Part shown: in pieces, positions 1 through 10,784 of the stretch
Layout of the letters: each line of letters opens with the position of its first letter
How positions within the stretch are numbered: the first letter of the stretch is position 1
DNA from: Trueperaceae bacterium
GTDB lineage: Bacteria > Deinococcota > Deinococci > Deinococcales > Trueperaceae
Length of the DNA stretch: 64,000 bases
NCBI GenBank assembly: GCA_034521815.1
Contig: JAXHLW010000013.1
Span: 1,851,110-1,915,109, forward strand
Direction: 5' to 3'
Made by a program: the position numbers and the translations under genes
The notes under the pieces: generated by a model
Told to the model about the DNA's origin: nothing
Seen by the model: only the letters and a program-made list of their open reading frames with translations
Databases searched by the model: none

Positions 1-36
1 CCTCCTTCCACCGCGTCCCGCCCCGAGGAGGAGAGC

Positions 37-1468
37 ATGAGGACAGACGCATGGATCGCCGAGTTCGACGCCCTCGCCGAGGCGTTCTTCGTCGAGCACG
101 ACGTGCCGGGCGGTGCGGTCGCGGTCACCGTGGGCGACGAGGTCGTGCTGTCGCGCGGCTACGGGCTGCGGGACCGCGAGGCGGGCCTGCCGGCGACGGA
201 GACGACCCGCTTCGGCGTCGCCTCGCTTTCGAAGTCGTTCACGGCCCTCACGCTGCTTAGCCTGGCGGCCAACGGAGTGCTCGACCTGGACGACCCCGTG
301 ACGCGCTGGCTGCCCGGCTTCGACTACCCCGGCCTGCGCCCGGAGACCCCGGTTCGGCTCCGCCATATGCTGAGCCACACGAGCGGCATCCCGCCCTCCG
401 GGCCCTCGACTACGGCATCCACCCGAGCCAGACCGGCGACCCGGCCGAGGCGTTCAACGAGCGCTCGTACGACGACGCGCCCGCCATGGGGAGCTACGAG
501 GACCTGTTGGCCTACCTGCGGCGCGGCGAGGGCCCGCTCATCGCCCCGCCGGGGGAGGTCGTGTCGTACTCGAACGACGCCTACGGGCTACTCGGCGCGG
601 TGGTGGAGGCGGCGACGGGGGTGCCGTTCGGGGAGGCCGTGCGCGAGCGCGTGTTCGCGCCCCTTGGGATGGACGGCGCCACCTTCGATACGGCCGACGC
701 GCGCGCGTCGGGCGAGCTGACGCAGCTCTACACGCCTTCCCGGGCGGCGGGACCATCGTTTCGCCCCGCTGGGAGGAGGCGCCGGCGCACCTGGCGACCG
801 GCTTCATGAAGGCCAGCGTGCGCGACCTGTCGTGCTGCCTACGCGCTCTCGCCACGGACGATCACGCGCGGCTCGGGCTCGCGCCCGAGGTCCTGGCCTC
901 CCTCTTCGAGGGGCGCGGCTGGGCGGAGCCTAGCACGGACTACGGGCTCGGTTGGATGGTGCAGGCGGACTATCACGGCGTGACGCTCATGCGCCACGGC
1001 GGCAGCTTGAAGGGGATCTCCGCGCACCAGGGCTTCGTGCCCGAACGGGACGTGGGCGTCGTGGTCCTCTGCAATCTGGACGAGGTGCCGGTCAAGCGGC
1101 TGTGGGCCGTGGGGATCAACCTGGCACTCGGTCTGCCAGCTGACACGCCGCTCCAACACGTGCCCGAGGACGCGGCGGCGCGCGGTCCCGCGCCTGCGGC
1201 CGTGGCAGGCCTCTACGCCTCAGGCGAGCCCTGGGGGCGGTTCGAGGTGCGCGAAGAGAACGGCGTCCTGCGTGCGTACACGGGCGAGGACGGCAGCCTC
1301 GCCGGTCGCCTGGCGTGGCTCGACGACCGCACGTTCGTGCTGGAGACGGACGCGGGCGCATGGTCGGGCGGGCGCTTTCACCTGAACGAGACGGGCGAGG
1401 CAATCGCGGCGCAGCAGGGGATGCGGTGGTACGTGCGCGAAGCTGCGAGCCACAGCACGCCAGGCTAG
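37..1468 (+). CDS. Serine hydrolase, beta-lactamase class C family (frameshifted into three ORF pieces)
   Basis: SxxK (ASLSK), LSHTSG, YSN and HGG motifs are spread across ORFs 37-720, 486-809 and 806-1468. A GAGGAG RBS precedes ATG 37. Two frameshifts lie near 395 and 745. Confidence 0.8.
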
Positions 1469-1707
1469 AGCGCAGCGATGACCCCTCGAGGCCGACCGAA
1501 CGGCGCCGCCAGCGGCTCGGCCTCGATCGGTCGCGGGCACGAAGGATCGCGACCTTGCTCGGAACCCGCCACGACCACGCAAGGCCCCGACGAGGGTCGC
1601 AGACCTCCTCATCCCGCGCCTCCGGCCACGACCCCAGTCCCAGCACCGGCACTCGACACCCCACGCCAATCGCTCGAGTCGACGGTATTGGGGCTAAACT
1701 GACGCGC

Positions 1708-2175
1708 ATGAGACTTTCGGCCACCGACATCTATGCGCTCCAGGCGCTCGGTTTCCTGGGCAGCCGGCACGGACGCGGCTGGGTGGGAAGCGACGCCATC
1801 GCCCAGGCGACCGGCATCGCGCGACCGTACCTGGCACGCGTGATGGCGGCGCTGGTCGCGAGCGGCATCGTGGGGTCGAAGAAGGGCGCCGGGGGCGGCT
1901 ACGCCCTGCAGCGCGAGCCCGCCTCGGTCGACCTGCGCGAGGTGATGCGCGCCATCGACGGACCCGTCGCGCCGCTGAGCTGCGTCAGCCGGAACTGGTA
2001 CGAGGCGTGCGAGGTCGAGGACCGCTGTCACGCCCGCAGCGCCATCTGGCAGCGCGTCCGAGACGCCGTCCTGGACGTTCTGGCCGACGTGAGCGTCGCC
2101 GACCTCGCGCGCGACGTCGACCAGGGGATCGACTACCGACCGTGCCTGGACCACCTGTTGAGGCCGGGCGCGTGA
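1708..2175 (+). CDS. Rrf2-family (IscR/CymR-like) transcriptional regulator
   Basis: wHTH with [11 protein letters not shown] and a C-terminal C-x8-C-x5-C-H cluster motif. Start ATG 1708 lies 7 nt after TAAACT. Confidence 0.9.
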   Translation: MRLSATDIYALQALGFLGSRHGRGWVGSDAIAQATGIARPYLARVMAALVASGIVGSKKGAGGGYALQREPASVDLREVMRAIDGPVAPLSCVSRNWYEACEVEDRCHARSAIWQRVRDAVLDVLADVSVADLARDVDQGIDYRPCLDHLLRPGA

Positions 2176-2987
2176 GGGTCCGTGCGAGCGCCCGTCCCCG
2201 CGTCCTGGTCACCACCAGCCAGTCGGCACGCGAAAGGCCGCTTCGCCGGATCGATGCGCTCACCGGCCAGAACTACGCCAGCGCGCTGGTTCGTACCGGC
2301 TTGCTGCCGACGATGGCGCCGACGTTGCCGGCCGAGCTCGCGCCGGCGCTGCTGGACGGCGTCGACGGCGTGCTGTTCTCGGGCGGCGTCGACATCGATC
2401 CGGCTCGCTTCGGGCAGCGACCCAGCCGGAACCTCGGCGTGGTGGACCAAGAGCGAGACGCATTCGAGCTCGCCCTCTACCACGCCGCCCGGGAGCGGGG
2501 CCTACCGATGCTGGGCATCTGCCGAGGGATCCAGCTCGTCGCGGTCGCTGCGGGCGGCACCGTCCACCAGCACCTCCAGGACGTGCCCGGCACCCATCAG
2601 CACGAACAGCGCGACCGTGGCGGCGATCCGCTCCATACGGTTCGATTGACCGCCCCCTCCGTCTTGGCGGACCTTTTCGGAGCGGACTCGGTCACGGTGA
2701 ACAGCTATCACCACCAAGCGGTCGACGCTCCTCCCGACGGCTACCGTGTCACGGCCAGGACGCACGACGGCGTGGTCGAGGCGCTCGAGGCGGACGGCGG
2801 AAGCTTCGTGCTGGCGGTGCAGTGGCATCCCGAGATGGCGTTTCCGCGGCACCCCGCGCAGCTCGTGCCGTTCGTCGCGTTCGCGCGGGCGCTGGGCGTG
2901 GACGTGGACGTGGACGTGAGCGTCGACGTTGGCGTGGGCGTAGGCCTCGGCGTGGACGCGGGCGCGGGCGCCGCCGAGGCCGGCTGA
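2172..2987 (+). CDS. Gamma-glutamyl-gamma-aminobutyrate hydrolase family (peptidase C26 glutamine amidotransferase)
   Basis: [27 protein letters not shown] and VQWHPE motifs. The GTG start overlaps the rrf2 stop (GTGA). Confidence 0.88.
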   Translation: MRVRASARPRVLVTTSQSARERPLRRIDALTGQNYASALVRTGLLPTMAPTLPAELAPALLDGVDGVLFSGGVDIDPARFGQRPSRNLGVVDQERDAFELALYHAARERGLPMLGICRGIQLVAVAAGGTVHQHLQDVPGTHQHEQRDRGGDPLHTVRLTAPSVLADLFGADSVTVNSYHHQAVDAPPDGYRVTARTHDGVVEALEADGGSFVLAVQWHPEMAFPRHPAQLVPFVAFARALGVDVDVDVSVDVGVGVGLGVDAGAGAAEAG

Positions 2988-4079
2988 ATGCGGCCCGCTC
3001 CCCTGTTCGGGACGGTGGTCGTGGCCGGCGTCGGGCTGATCGGCGGCTCGATCGCGCTGGGCACCCGGCAGCGCTTCCTGGCCGACCGGGTGATCGGCCT
3101 CGATCCGGACGCCGAGGCGCTCGAGGTCGCCCGCTTCCACGGCGTGATCGACGAGGCGCGCCTCGAGCCCGGACCGTGGCTGGCGGACGCCGACCTGATC
3201 GTGTTGGCCACGCCGTCCAGAACGCTGGTTCCGCTGGCGCGCCAGCTCGCGCCGTTCCTGCGCGAGGACGCGATCGTGACGGACGTGGGCTCGGTCAAAG
3301 CCCCGATCGTCGCGTCGCTGCACGACCTTCGCCTGGTCGGCGGCCACCCGATGGCCGGCTCGGACCGGTCCGGCGTCCGGCACGCCGACGCCGCGCTGCT
3401 CGAGAACGCGGTGTGGGTGCTGACCCCCACCGAGTCGACCGATCCCCTCGCCTTGGACCGGGTCCGCACCTTCGTGCAGCACCTGGGCGCACGCCCGATC
3501 GAGGTGCCGCCCGAGCGGCACGACCGCCTGGTCGCCACCGTGTCGCACCTTCCCTACCTGGCGGCGCTGGCGCTGACGCGGCTGGCGTCGGAGGACGGCG
3601 AGCGGGACCTGATGATGCTGCTCGCCGCCGGCGGATTCCGCGACCTGACGCGGGTCGCGTCGGGATCGCCGGTCATGAGTCGCGACATGGTGGCGGGGAA
3701 CGTCGACGCGGTGCGCGAGGCCCTCGGCGGCTTCCGGCGCGCCCTGGACGATCTGGAGACCCGGCTCGACGACCCCGAGGCGCTGCTGGCCGCCTCGGTC
3801 GAGGGGAAACGGACGCGCGACGGGATCCCGATCGTGCGCCGCAGCCTGCTCCCGCCCAGGCCCGAGGTGGTCCTGGCCGTGCCGGACGTGCCGGGCCAGC
3901 TGGCGCGCATCACGGCCGCCTGCGGCGAGGCGGGGGTGAACGTCAAGGAGATCGAGGTGCTTTCGATCCGCGAGGCGGGCGGCGCCGTCCGGCTGGCGTT
4001 CGAGGACGCCGAGACCCTCGACGCGGCGGTGCGAGCGCTGCGCGCCGCCGGGTTCGAGGCGCGCGTGCGAGCGGTCTGA
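2988..4079 (+). CDS. tyrA: Prephenate dehydrogenase with C-terminal ACT domain
   Basis: GVGLIGGS Rossmann motif, TDVGSVK, GGHPMAG, HD...SHLP and GGFRDLTRVAS, plus ACT-like PDVPGQLARI. Confidence 0.92.
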   Translation: MRPAPLFGTVVVAGVGLIGGSIALGTRQRFLADRVIGLDPDAEALEVARFHGVIDEARLEPGPWLADADLIVLATPSRTLVPLARQLAPFLREDAIVTDVGSVKAPIVASLHDLRLVGGHPMAGSDRSGVRHADAALLENAVWVLTPTESTDPLALDRVRTFVQHLGARPIEVPPERHDRLVATVSHLPYLAALALTRLASEDGERDLMMLLAAGGFRDLTRVASGSPVMSRDMVAGNVDAVREALGGFRRALDDLETRLDDPEALLAASVEGKRTRDGIPIVRRSLLPPRPEVVLAVPDVPGQLARITAACGEAGVNVKEIEVLSIREAGGAVRLAFEDAETLDAAVRALRAAGFEARVRAV

Positions 4080-4094
4080 GCGGCGCCTGCGACG

Positions 4095-4361
4095 GTGAGC
4101 GACGGGGCGCGCGACGAGCTGTTCGACCTGGCGGTGAACCGGGCGCTGTCGTACGCGCGGCGGACCCGGGCGCTGCAACGCGCGAGCGACGTCCCCTCGC
4201 TCACGCGGGAGCTGGAGCTATGGATCCTGCGTACCCGCTTCGCCTACCGCGTTCGCCTCGAGGAGGTCGCGGCGCGCCTCCTGGACGCGCCCGCCGGCGA
4301 GGTTCACTGGAGCGGCGGTGCCGGCGGCGGCTGGCGCGAGGGCCCGCCCCCACGGCCGTGA
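4095..4361 (+). CDS. Small hypothetical protein (88 aa)
   Basis: Co-oriented directly after tyrA with protein-like composition (ELFDLAVNRA...LRTRFAYR...HWSGG...GW). Confidence 0.65.
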   Translation: MSDGARDELFDLAVNRALSYARRTRALQRASDVPSLTRELELWILRTRFAYRVRLEEVAARLLDAPAGEVHWSGGAGGGWREGPPPRP

Positions 4362-4401
4362 CCGTCAGGCTCGCCGGTAGAGCTCGGCTCGTCCGCAGCG
4401 C

Positions 4402-4962
4402 TCAGGACCCCCAGGGCCGAACGACGATCTGACCGTCGCGCAGGTGCGCGATCTCCGCGCCCGGCGGACGGTCGTCGCTGCCCTCGGCCTGCGCCAGCGC
4501 CGAGCCGATCCGCAGCTGCGGACTGCGGATCCGCTGCGCCCAGATCACGGCCTTGTCGTTCCCGCCCGCCCCGGCGTGCGCCAATCCGCGCAGCGTGCCG
4601 ATCACGATGATGTCGTCGTTGGCGAGGATCTCGGCGCCCGCGTTCACGTCGCCCAGGATCACGACCGAGCCGCTGGACTCGATGCGTCCGCCGGAGCGCA
4701 CCGTCCGGGCCAGGATCACGGTCTCGCCCCGGGCCTGCGTGACGGCGGTGGGCGGGCGCAGGTCGGCGAACGTGCCACCCGCCTCGCGAACGGCGTCGCG
4801 AACGGCGTCGAGGAGATCGGGCGAGAGTCGCCCCGTGACCTCCACCGACACCTTGCCCTCGAGGAGCCCGGCGTGCTGCTCGAGCGCGGCATGCACCGCC
4901 CCGAGGTCGTCGGCCGGTTCGAAGCTGAGCAGGATGCCCCCGCGGATGCCACGCGCTTTCAC
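4402..4962 (-). CDS. minC: Septum site-determining protein MinC
   Basis: TVRSGGRI...GDVNAGAEI...IIVIGTLRGLAHAGA C-terminal beta-helix. The GTG start overlaps the mrdA stop. Confidence 0.9.
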   Translation of the reverse strand: MKARGIRGGILLSFEPADDLGAVHAALEQHAGLLEGKVSVEVTGRLSPDLLDAVRDAVREAGGTFADLRPPTAVTQARGETVILARTVRSGGRIESSGSVVILGDVNAGAEILANDDIIVIGTLRGLAHAGAGGNDKAVIWAQRIRSPQLRIGSALAQAEGSDDRPPGAEIAHLRDGQIVVRPWGS

Positions 4963-6764
4963 TCGACGCTCGCCCCCTCGGCCAGCTGCACCGGCAGCTG
5001 GAGGTAGTCCACCAGAAAATCGCGCACGACCGGTACCGCGGTCGCGCTGCTCGACCCTGCGTTCTCGAGGAACGTTACCACGGCGATCTCGGGGCTCCCG
5101 GCCGGGGCGTACGCCATGAACCAGCCGTGCTCGAACCCCTCCCCGCCGCCGTTCTGAGCCGTGCCCGTCTTGCCGGCGACCGCCACGGGGAACGACGCGG
5201 CGGGCCCCAACACGCGGCTCGATCCGTGGTCGGTCACCATCATGCGCATGCCGTCGCGCAGCACGCTCCAGGACCGCCCCGGGATCAGGGCCGCCTCCAC
5301 CGGCTGCGGCTCGTCGCCGACCTGCGCGACCAGCCGCGGCTGCACCATCCGCCCGTCGGACGCCAGCGCGCCGACGAACCGCAGGTTCTGCAGCGGCGTC
5401 GCCAGCACGTCGCCCTGGCCGATCACCGTGTTCAGCGTGTAGCCCGGGTACCACGAGGTGTCCTTCGCCTCGCGGACCCACTCCGGGTCCGGCACCCGTC
5501 CGGCCCGCTCGCCGGGCAGCCCGACGCCGACCGGCTCGCCGAAGCCGAACATGCGCGCATCGTCGTGAAGCGCACGGATGAACGGTCCCCAGCCGTCGCC
5601 GAAGCCGGGCGTGTCCAGCGCGGCGTGCCAGTAGAAGGTGTTGCAGCTGTCCGCGATCGCCTCGGCGACGGTGTAATTGCCGCGGTAGTACGTCGCCCAG
5701 TTCCTCCACACGATCCCGCCCAGCCGCACCGACGCCGTGCAGCCGTACCTCGTTCCGGGAGCCACGAACCCCTCCTCGAGCAGCGTGTACGAGGTGAGCA
5801 TCTTGAAGGTGGAGGCGGGCGGGAACGCCTCGATCGCCCGGTTCTGGAGCGGCTTCAGCACGTCGTCCCCGAGGACCAGGGCGACCGCGTCCGGGTCGCT
5901 GGGCCGGTGCGTGAACACGTTCTGGTCGAACGACGGGGACGAGGCGATCGCCAGCACGTCGCCGCTTTCCAGGTCCATCGCCAGCAGCGCGCCGCGCGTC
6001 ACGGTCAGCTGGGGAAGCCCGTTCTCGCGGCGCTGCGCGTTCAGGTAGGTCAATGCGCCGGCCAGCGCGTCCTCGGCCGCCCGCTGGGCCCGCGGATCGA
6101 TCGTGGTCCGCACGTCCTCGCCGGGAACGGCCGCCACGACCTCCTGCCGCCGCATCGGCACGCCGCGGTGATCCACCTCGACCAGCTCCCTGCCCGGCCG
6201 TCCGAACAGCCACGGCTCCAGGCCCGCCTCCAGGCCGGTCACGCCGATCATGTCGTCCACCGCGTACCCGACGTCGCGGGCCGGATCGGCCAGCCCGGTG
6301 TAGCCGATCGTCTGAGCCGCGAGGTTCGTCGGGTAGATCCGCTCGATCCGCTCGCGCAGGTACAGGTTCGCCTGACCGGCGACGCGCTCCTCGACCGCCG
6401 GGACCAGCGCGTCGGGAATGTTCCACGCCACCACCGATCCGCTCCGCGCCTCCTCCGGATCGCTGCGATCGGGCGGCCTGGGATCGCCGGGCAGGTCCAG
6501 CAGGCTCTGCAGCCGTGACCAGCCGTCCACCTCGCCGCCCCAGTACATGAGGTCGTACGCGACGCGGTTGTCCGCCAGGACGGTGCCGTCGCGGGCCAGC
6601 AGGCGCCCGCGGAGCGGCGCGATCCTGCGCTGCTGCGTGAAGTTGCGCAGCGACAGGTCCGAGTACTGCTCGGCCTGCGCGAGCTGCAGCCACATCAGCC
6701 GGCCGGTGAACACCACGAGCAGCGTCAGCATCACCGCCAGCAGGAAACGCATGCGAGAGATCAC
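4959..6764 (-). CDS. mrdA: Penicillin-binding protein 2 (class B transpeptidase)
   Basis: N-terminal TM segment, APLRGRL dimerisation domain, STFK, SCN and KTGTAQ motifs. The start overlaps the mreD stop. Confidence 0.92.
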   Translation of the reverse strand: MISRMRFLLAVMLTLLVVFTGRLMWLQLAQAEQYSDLSLRNFTQQRRIAPLRGRLLARDGTVLADNRVAYDLMYWGGEVDGWSRLQSLLDLPGDPRPPDRSDPEEARSGSVVAWNIPDALVPAVEERVAGQANLYLRERIERIYPTNLAAQTIGYTGLADPARDVGYAVDDMIGVTGLEAGLEPWLFGRPGRELVEVDHRGVPMRRQEVVAAVPGEDVRTTIDPRAQRAAEDALAGALTYLNAQRRENGLPQLTVTRGALLAMDLESGDVLAIASSPSFDQNVFTHRPSDPDAVALVLGDDVLKPLQNRAIEAFPPASTFKMLTSYTLLEEGFVAPGTRYGCTASVRLGGIVWRNWATYYRGNYTVAEAIADSCNTFYWHAALDTPGFGDGWGPFIRALHDDARMFGFGEPVGVGLPGERAGRVPDPEWVREAKDTSWYPGYTLNTVIGQGDVLATPLQNLRFVGALASDGRMVQPRLVAQVGDEPQPVEAALIPGRSWSVLRDGMRMMVTDHGSSRVLGPAASFPVAVAGKTGTAQNGGGEGFEHGWFMAYAPAGSPEIAVVTFLENAGSSSATAVPVVRDFLVDYLQLPVQLAEGASVE

Positions 6765-7252
6765 AGCAGCTCCTTGCGGAGGACCTTGGACTTCTCGAGC
6801 AGGGCGTCCGCCCAGGGGAGCAGGAGCAACGCGGCGGCGATGGTGAGGACCGTCTCGGTCACCGCCACGGCCAGCAGCGTGGCGGGCTCCTCGGGCGTCC
6901 CGGACAGCCAGACCAGCATGGCCGCGACCACCAGCCACTTGCCGGCCTGGGCGCCGACGACGATCAGCACCCGCTCCAGCAGGCCGGTCCCGGAGAGCTG
7001 CATGCGGACCACGGTGGCGGTCAACGCCGCGGCGGCCAGCCCGACCGCGTGCAGGCCCACCACGCCGAAGCCGACCAGGTCCTGCAGCATCCCGATGCCG
7101 TACGCGGCGACCACCAGCTGCCACGGCACCAGCCGGCCCAGCAGCGTCAGCATGGCCACCAGGAACAGGTCCGGGGCCGGAAGGGTGCCGAACAAGGCCG
7201 ACAGAAAGCCCTGCGCGGCGAGCAGCAGGAGGTAGAACGCCACGATCCGCAT
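6761..7252 (-). CDS. mreD: Rod shape-determining protein MreD
   Basis: 163-aa polytopic membrane protein (PDLFL, GMLQDL...GLHA) immediately upstream of PBP2. Confidence 0.8.
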   Translation of the reverse strand: MRIVAFYLLLLAAQGFLSALFGTLPAPDLFLVAMLTLLGRLVPWQLVVAAYGIGMLQDLVGFGVVGLHAVGLAAAALTATVVRMQLSGTGLLERVLIVVGAQAGKWLVVAAMLVWLSGTPEEPATLLAVAVTETVLTIAAALLLLPWADALLEKSKVLRKELL

Positions 7253-7333
7253 CGCGTCCGCAGTGTACCGACGCGTCGTCGGCGGCGCCCCCGCTGGCGG
7301 ACGATGGAGCGGCCGGACCGGTACGCTCCAGGC

Positions 7334-8274
7334 ATGCCCGTTCTGCTGATCCACGGAGGCGCCGGACGCATCGCGCCGCACCGGCGTGACGCCTACCGGC
7401 ACGGACTGGCCGCGGCCCTCGACGCCGGCTTCGCCGTGCTGAGCGGGGGCGGCTCGGCCGTGGACGCGGTGTGCGCCGCCGTCGCCTCGATGGAGGACGA
7501 CACGGCAGCGTTCAACGCCGGGACCGGCTCCGCCCTCACCGCCTCCGGCACGGTCGAATGCGACGCCGCGGTCATGGACGGCGCCGGCCGGGTGGGCGCG
7601 GTCGCCTGCGTGTCGAACGCCCGCCATCCGGTCCAGCTGGCGCGCCGGGTCCTGGACGCGAGCCCGCACGTGCTGATGGTCGGGTCCGGGGCCGAGGCGC
7701 TGGAGCCGGAGCCGATCGATCCCAAGACGCTGATCACGCCCGCCTCCCACGCCGCCTGGCGACGCTGGCGGGCGCAGGCCACGAAGCCCGAGGGCTCGGC
7801 GACCTGCGGCGCCGTGGCGCTGGACCGGGACGGGCGGCTGGCGGCCGCGACCAGCACCGGCGGCGTGCTGGGCCAGGCGCCCGGGCGGGTCGGCGACGCG
7901 CCGATCCCGGGGCGGGCACCTGGGCGGACGCGCGCGTCGCGGTCAGCTGCACCGGTCGGGGCGAAGCGTTCCTCCGGAGCGCGACCGCCCGAAGCTTGGC
8001 GTTCTCGGTCGAGCGCGGCGACGATCCCGGCCGCGCCGTCGACGACCGCTTGGCGGAGGTGCGGTCCACAGACGGCGAAGGGGGCCTGATCGCGCTTCTG
8101 GCCGACGGAACGATCGCGTTCGGCTTCGACACGCCGCAGCTCGCGTGGGGGTGGCGACGCAGCGCGGGCGCTCCGGTGGCGGGCACGACGGTGGAGGAGG
8201 CGTGGGAGGTGGACAGCGACGCGGGCGTCACCGTGGTGCCCGGCGTCGCACCGGACCGCGTCGATCAGCGCTAG
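7334..8274 (+). CDS. Isoaspartyl peptidase / L-asparaginase (Ntn hydrolase), one frameshift near 7910
   Basis: IHGGAG, FNAGTGS, ECDAAVMDG, nucleophile TCGAVA and TSTGG...GRVGD. Continues as GAGTWAD...SCTGRGE in another frame. Confidence 0.88.
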
Positions 8275-8338
8275 TCGACGGCGCGGCCTTGCGGACCCTC
8301 GGAACGGCGCCTGAGCGCGGCTGTCCTATGCTGGAGGC

Positions 8339-9259
8339 ATGATTCACACCGTCACCGTCAATCCCGCTCTGGACCTGACCTACCGCGTGGGCGAGATCCG
8401 CTACGACGACACCGTCCGTGCGCGCGAGGTGCTGCGGGCCGCCGGGGGCAAAGGCGTGAACGTGTCGCGGGTCGCGACGCGCCTGGGACACCCGACCGTC
8501 GCGATGGGGTTCGCGGGAGGCCGGGCCGGGGACGAGATTCTCGATCTGCTGCGCGGCGAGGGCGTTCGCACCTGGTTCTCCCGGCACGATGCGCCGACGC
8601 GCACCAACGCGATCGTCCAGGACGATGCGGGGCATCAGCTGCGCGTGTCCGGTCCGGGTCCCGAAGTGCAGGAGGCGGAGGTCGACGCGCTGCTCGACAG
8701 CGTGTTCGAGCTTCGTGCGCCCGATTACCTGGTGCTCAGCGGCAGCCTGCTGCCCGGCGTGCCCAGCGACCTGTACGCCCGCATCACCGAGCGGGCCCGC
8801 GAGGACGACGTCCCCGTCGCGGTGGACGCCGACCGGGAGCTGCGTGACTCGATCGAGGCCGGGGTGGCCGTGATCAAGCCGAACGCCTACGAGCTGGGCC
8901 GCCTGGTGGGACGCACCGTGAGCGGCGTCGCCGCCGCTCGCGAGGCCGCCGACGAAGCCCGAACGATGGGCGCGGGCACGGTGGTGTGCAGCCTGGGGGC
9001 GGACGGCGCGCTGTGGGTCAGCGCCGAGGGCGCCTGGCACGCCGTGCCGCCCGAGGTGACGGTGGACTCGCCGCTGGGGTCGGGCGACTCGCTGCTGGCC
9101 GGCGTGCTGTCGGCACGCGCGGACGGGGCCGACCCGAGCGAGGCGCTGCGCATGGGCGTCGCCTGCGGAACGGCGACCGCCATCACGCCCGGCACCGAGC
9201 TGTGCCACCTGGGCGACGTCCAGGCGATCCTCCCCGAGGTGACGATCACGAAGCTCTAG
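8339..9259 (+). CDS. 1-phosphofructokinase-family hexose kinase (PfkB family)
   Basis: TVTVNPALD, GGKGVNVSR, SGSLLPG, IKPN and GSGDS motifs. Confidence 0.9.
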   Translation: MIHTVTVNPALDLTYRVGEIRYDDTVRAREVLRAAGGKGVNVSRVATRLGHPTVAMGFAGGRAGDEILDLLRGEGVRTWFSRHDAPTRTNAIVQDDAGHQLRVSGPGPEVQEAEVDALLDSVFELRAPDYLVLSGSLLPGVPSDLYARITERAREDDVPVAVDADRELRDSIEAGVAVIKPNAYELGRLVGRTVSGVAAAREAADEARTMGAGTVVCSLGADGALWVSAEGAWHAVPPEVTVDSPLGSGDSLLAGVLSARADGADPSEALRMGVACGTATAITPGTELCHLGDVQAILPEVTITKL

Positions 9260-10734
9260 GGCGCGCGCACCTCGAACGACAGGCGGAACGCCGGCAGCTC
9301 CTCGCCGGGGTGGTCGACGTGATTGAGCATCGGCAGCTGCAGGTACGTGGCGTTGGCGGTCGAGTCGGGACTGGGGGCGCTGGGGCCGGTCAGCACACCC
9401 TGGTAGATCGAGGGGTAGAGCTCGATCAGGTGGAGGCCTTCCCCGCCCGGCGCCTTGAGGTGGATGGTGACGTCGCCCTGGCTGTTGAACCCGCAGCCGT
9501 AGCCCAGGTAGCCGTTGTCCATCAGCAGCGTGTAGATGTTCGCGGTCTCGGTCCAACCGACGCCCTTGATGGTGATCGTCAGGTCGCCACCGGGCTGGAC
9601 CACGGCGGGCTCGATGTCCAGCACGCTGGGCGTGATGGTGTAGCGCGCCTCGGCCACCGGCTCCGCCGCGCCGCCAGGCGCCGCCCCGCTGGTCCCCGGC
9701 GCCGCCGGACGGGCCAGGATGCGGTGCTCGCCGCCCAGGTCGTCAGGCGTTTCGACCGCCGTCTCGAAGCGACCCTCGCCATCCGCCCGGATCTCGGCGA
9801 GCGGAAGCTCGACCTCGTCCCAGCCGCCGCCGCTGATGCGGTTGCCGCGCACGGTGGTCCAGCTCAGCACGACCTCCTGATCGGGCGCGAAACCTGCGCC
9901 CGACACGGTCAGGTCGGAGCCGACCGGGCCCGAGGCGTAGCCGAGTCCCAAGGCTGGACCGGACGATCCGTCGACCGGCGTTCCGGACGCCCTGGGCAGG
10001 CCTTGCCCCGAAGCCGCCGGCGCGGGAATCGCCGGCCCGTCCGTCACCTCGAACGTCGCTCCGAGCACGGTCGGGATCTGAGGCTTGTAGATCGGCGCTT
10101 GCTGTTGGTTCAGGTACGGGACGGGATGGGCGCCCGACAGGACCTGCAGCGTATGGAGGCCCGGCGCTCCGGTCGCAGGGATCGTGACCTCGGCCGTGCC
10201 GCGCGTCGTCATCGCCGACAGCCAGCCGGTGTGCGTCCCGTCGTACAGAAGATGCCAGACCGACTCCCAGAAACGATACCCGATGCCGGTGAGCCGCACG
10301 GTGACGTCAGATCCGACCGGGCCCGAGGCGGGCGTCACGGTCAGCTCGGGAACGACGGCCAGCCCGTTCCTGGCGACGTCCTCGTCGTCCACGACGAGGA
10401 ACAGGTTGTGGATGTAGCCGTAGTCCTCGGGCACCTCGAACGACAGTCGCACGGCGCCGTTCGCGTCGGTCGTGCCGCTGGCCAGCGACCAGCGGGTCGC
10501 TTCGGCGGTCACGCCGAGGAACCGGCCGTCCCGGACGTTCCAGTCGGCGTCGGCCGTTTCCCAGACGAGCTCCGCCTCCACGCCTTCGGGTAGGCCGGTG
10601 CCGACCGCGACGACCGTCGCGCCGACCGAGGCTGCCGCGGGGTCCAACGCCAGGCGTCCTGGCGCCTGCGTTTGGACCTGCGCCTGCACGCTCAGCGTCG
10701 TGGCGGCCACCAGAACGAGCACGACGGTCCGCAT
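9256..10734 (-). CDS. Secreted hypothetical protein with repeated Ig-like beta-sandwich modules
   Basis: Signal-peptide-like N terminus and repeated P.S(G/A)PVG..(V/L)TV.G.G units. An alternative GTG start lies at 10788. Confidence 0.75.
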   Translation of the reverse strand: MRTVVLVLVAATTLSVQAQVQTQAPGRLALDPAAASVGATVVAVGTGLPEGVEAELVWETADADWNVRDGRFLGVTAEATRWSLASGTTDANGAVRLSFEVPEDYGYIHNLFLVVDDEDVARNGLAVVPELTVTPASGPVGSDVTVRLTGIGYRFWESVWHLLYDGTHTGWLSAMTTRGTAEVTIPATGAPGLHTLQVLSGAHPVPYLNQQQAPIYKPQIPTVLGATFEVTDGPAIPAPAASGQGLPRASGTPVDGSSGPALGLGYASGPVGSDLTVSGAGFAPDQEVVLSWTTVRGNRISGGGWDEVELPLAEIRADGEGRFETAVETPDDLGGEHRILARPAAPGTSGAAPGGAAEPVAEARYTITPSVLDIEPAVVQPGGDLTITIKGVGWTETANIYTLLMDNGYLGYGCGFNSQGDVTIHLKAPGGEGLHLIELYPSIYQGVLTGPSAPSPDSTANATYLQLPMLNHVDHPGEELPAFRLSFEVRAP

Positions 10735-10784
10735 GGCGCGGACCGTCGCTCCTCTCGTGAAGCGAATCGTCGATGTCAAGCGCG

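Noticed and set aside
4402..6693. 763-aa ORF apparently fusing an unknown region to MinC
   Set aside because: The upstream part is an alternative frame of mrdA; the real minC starts at GTG 4962.
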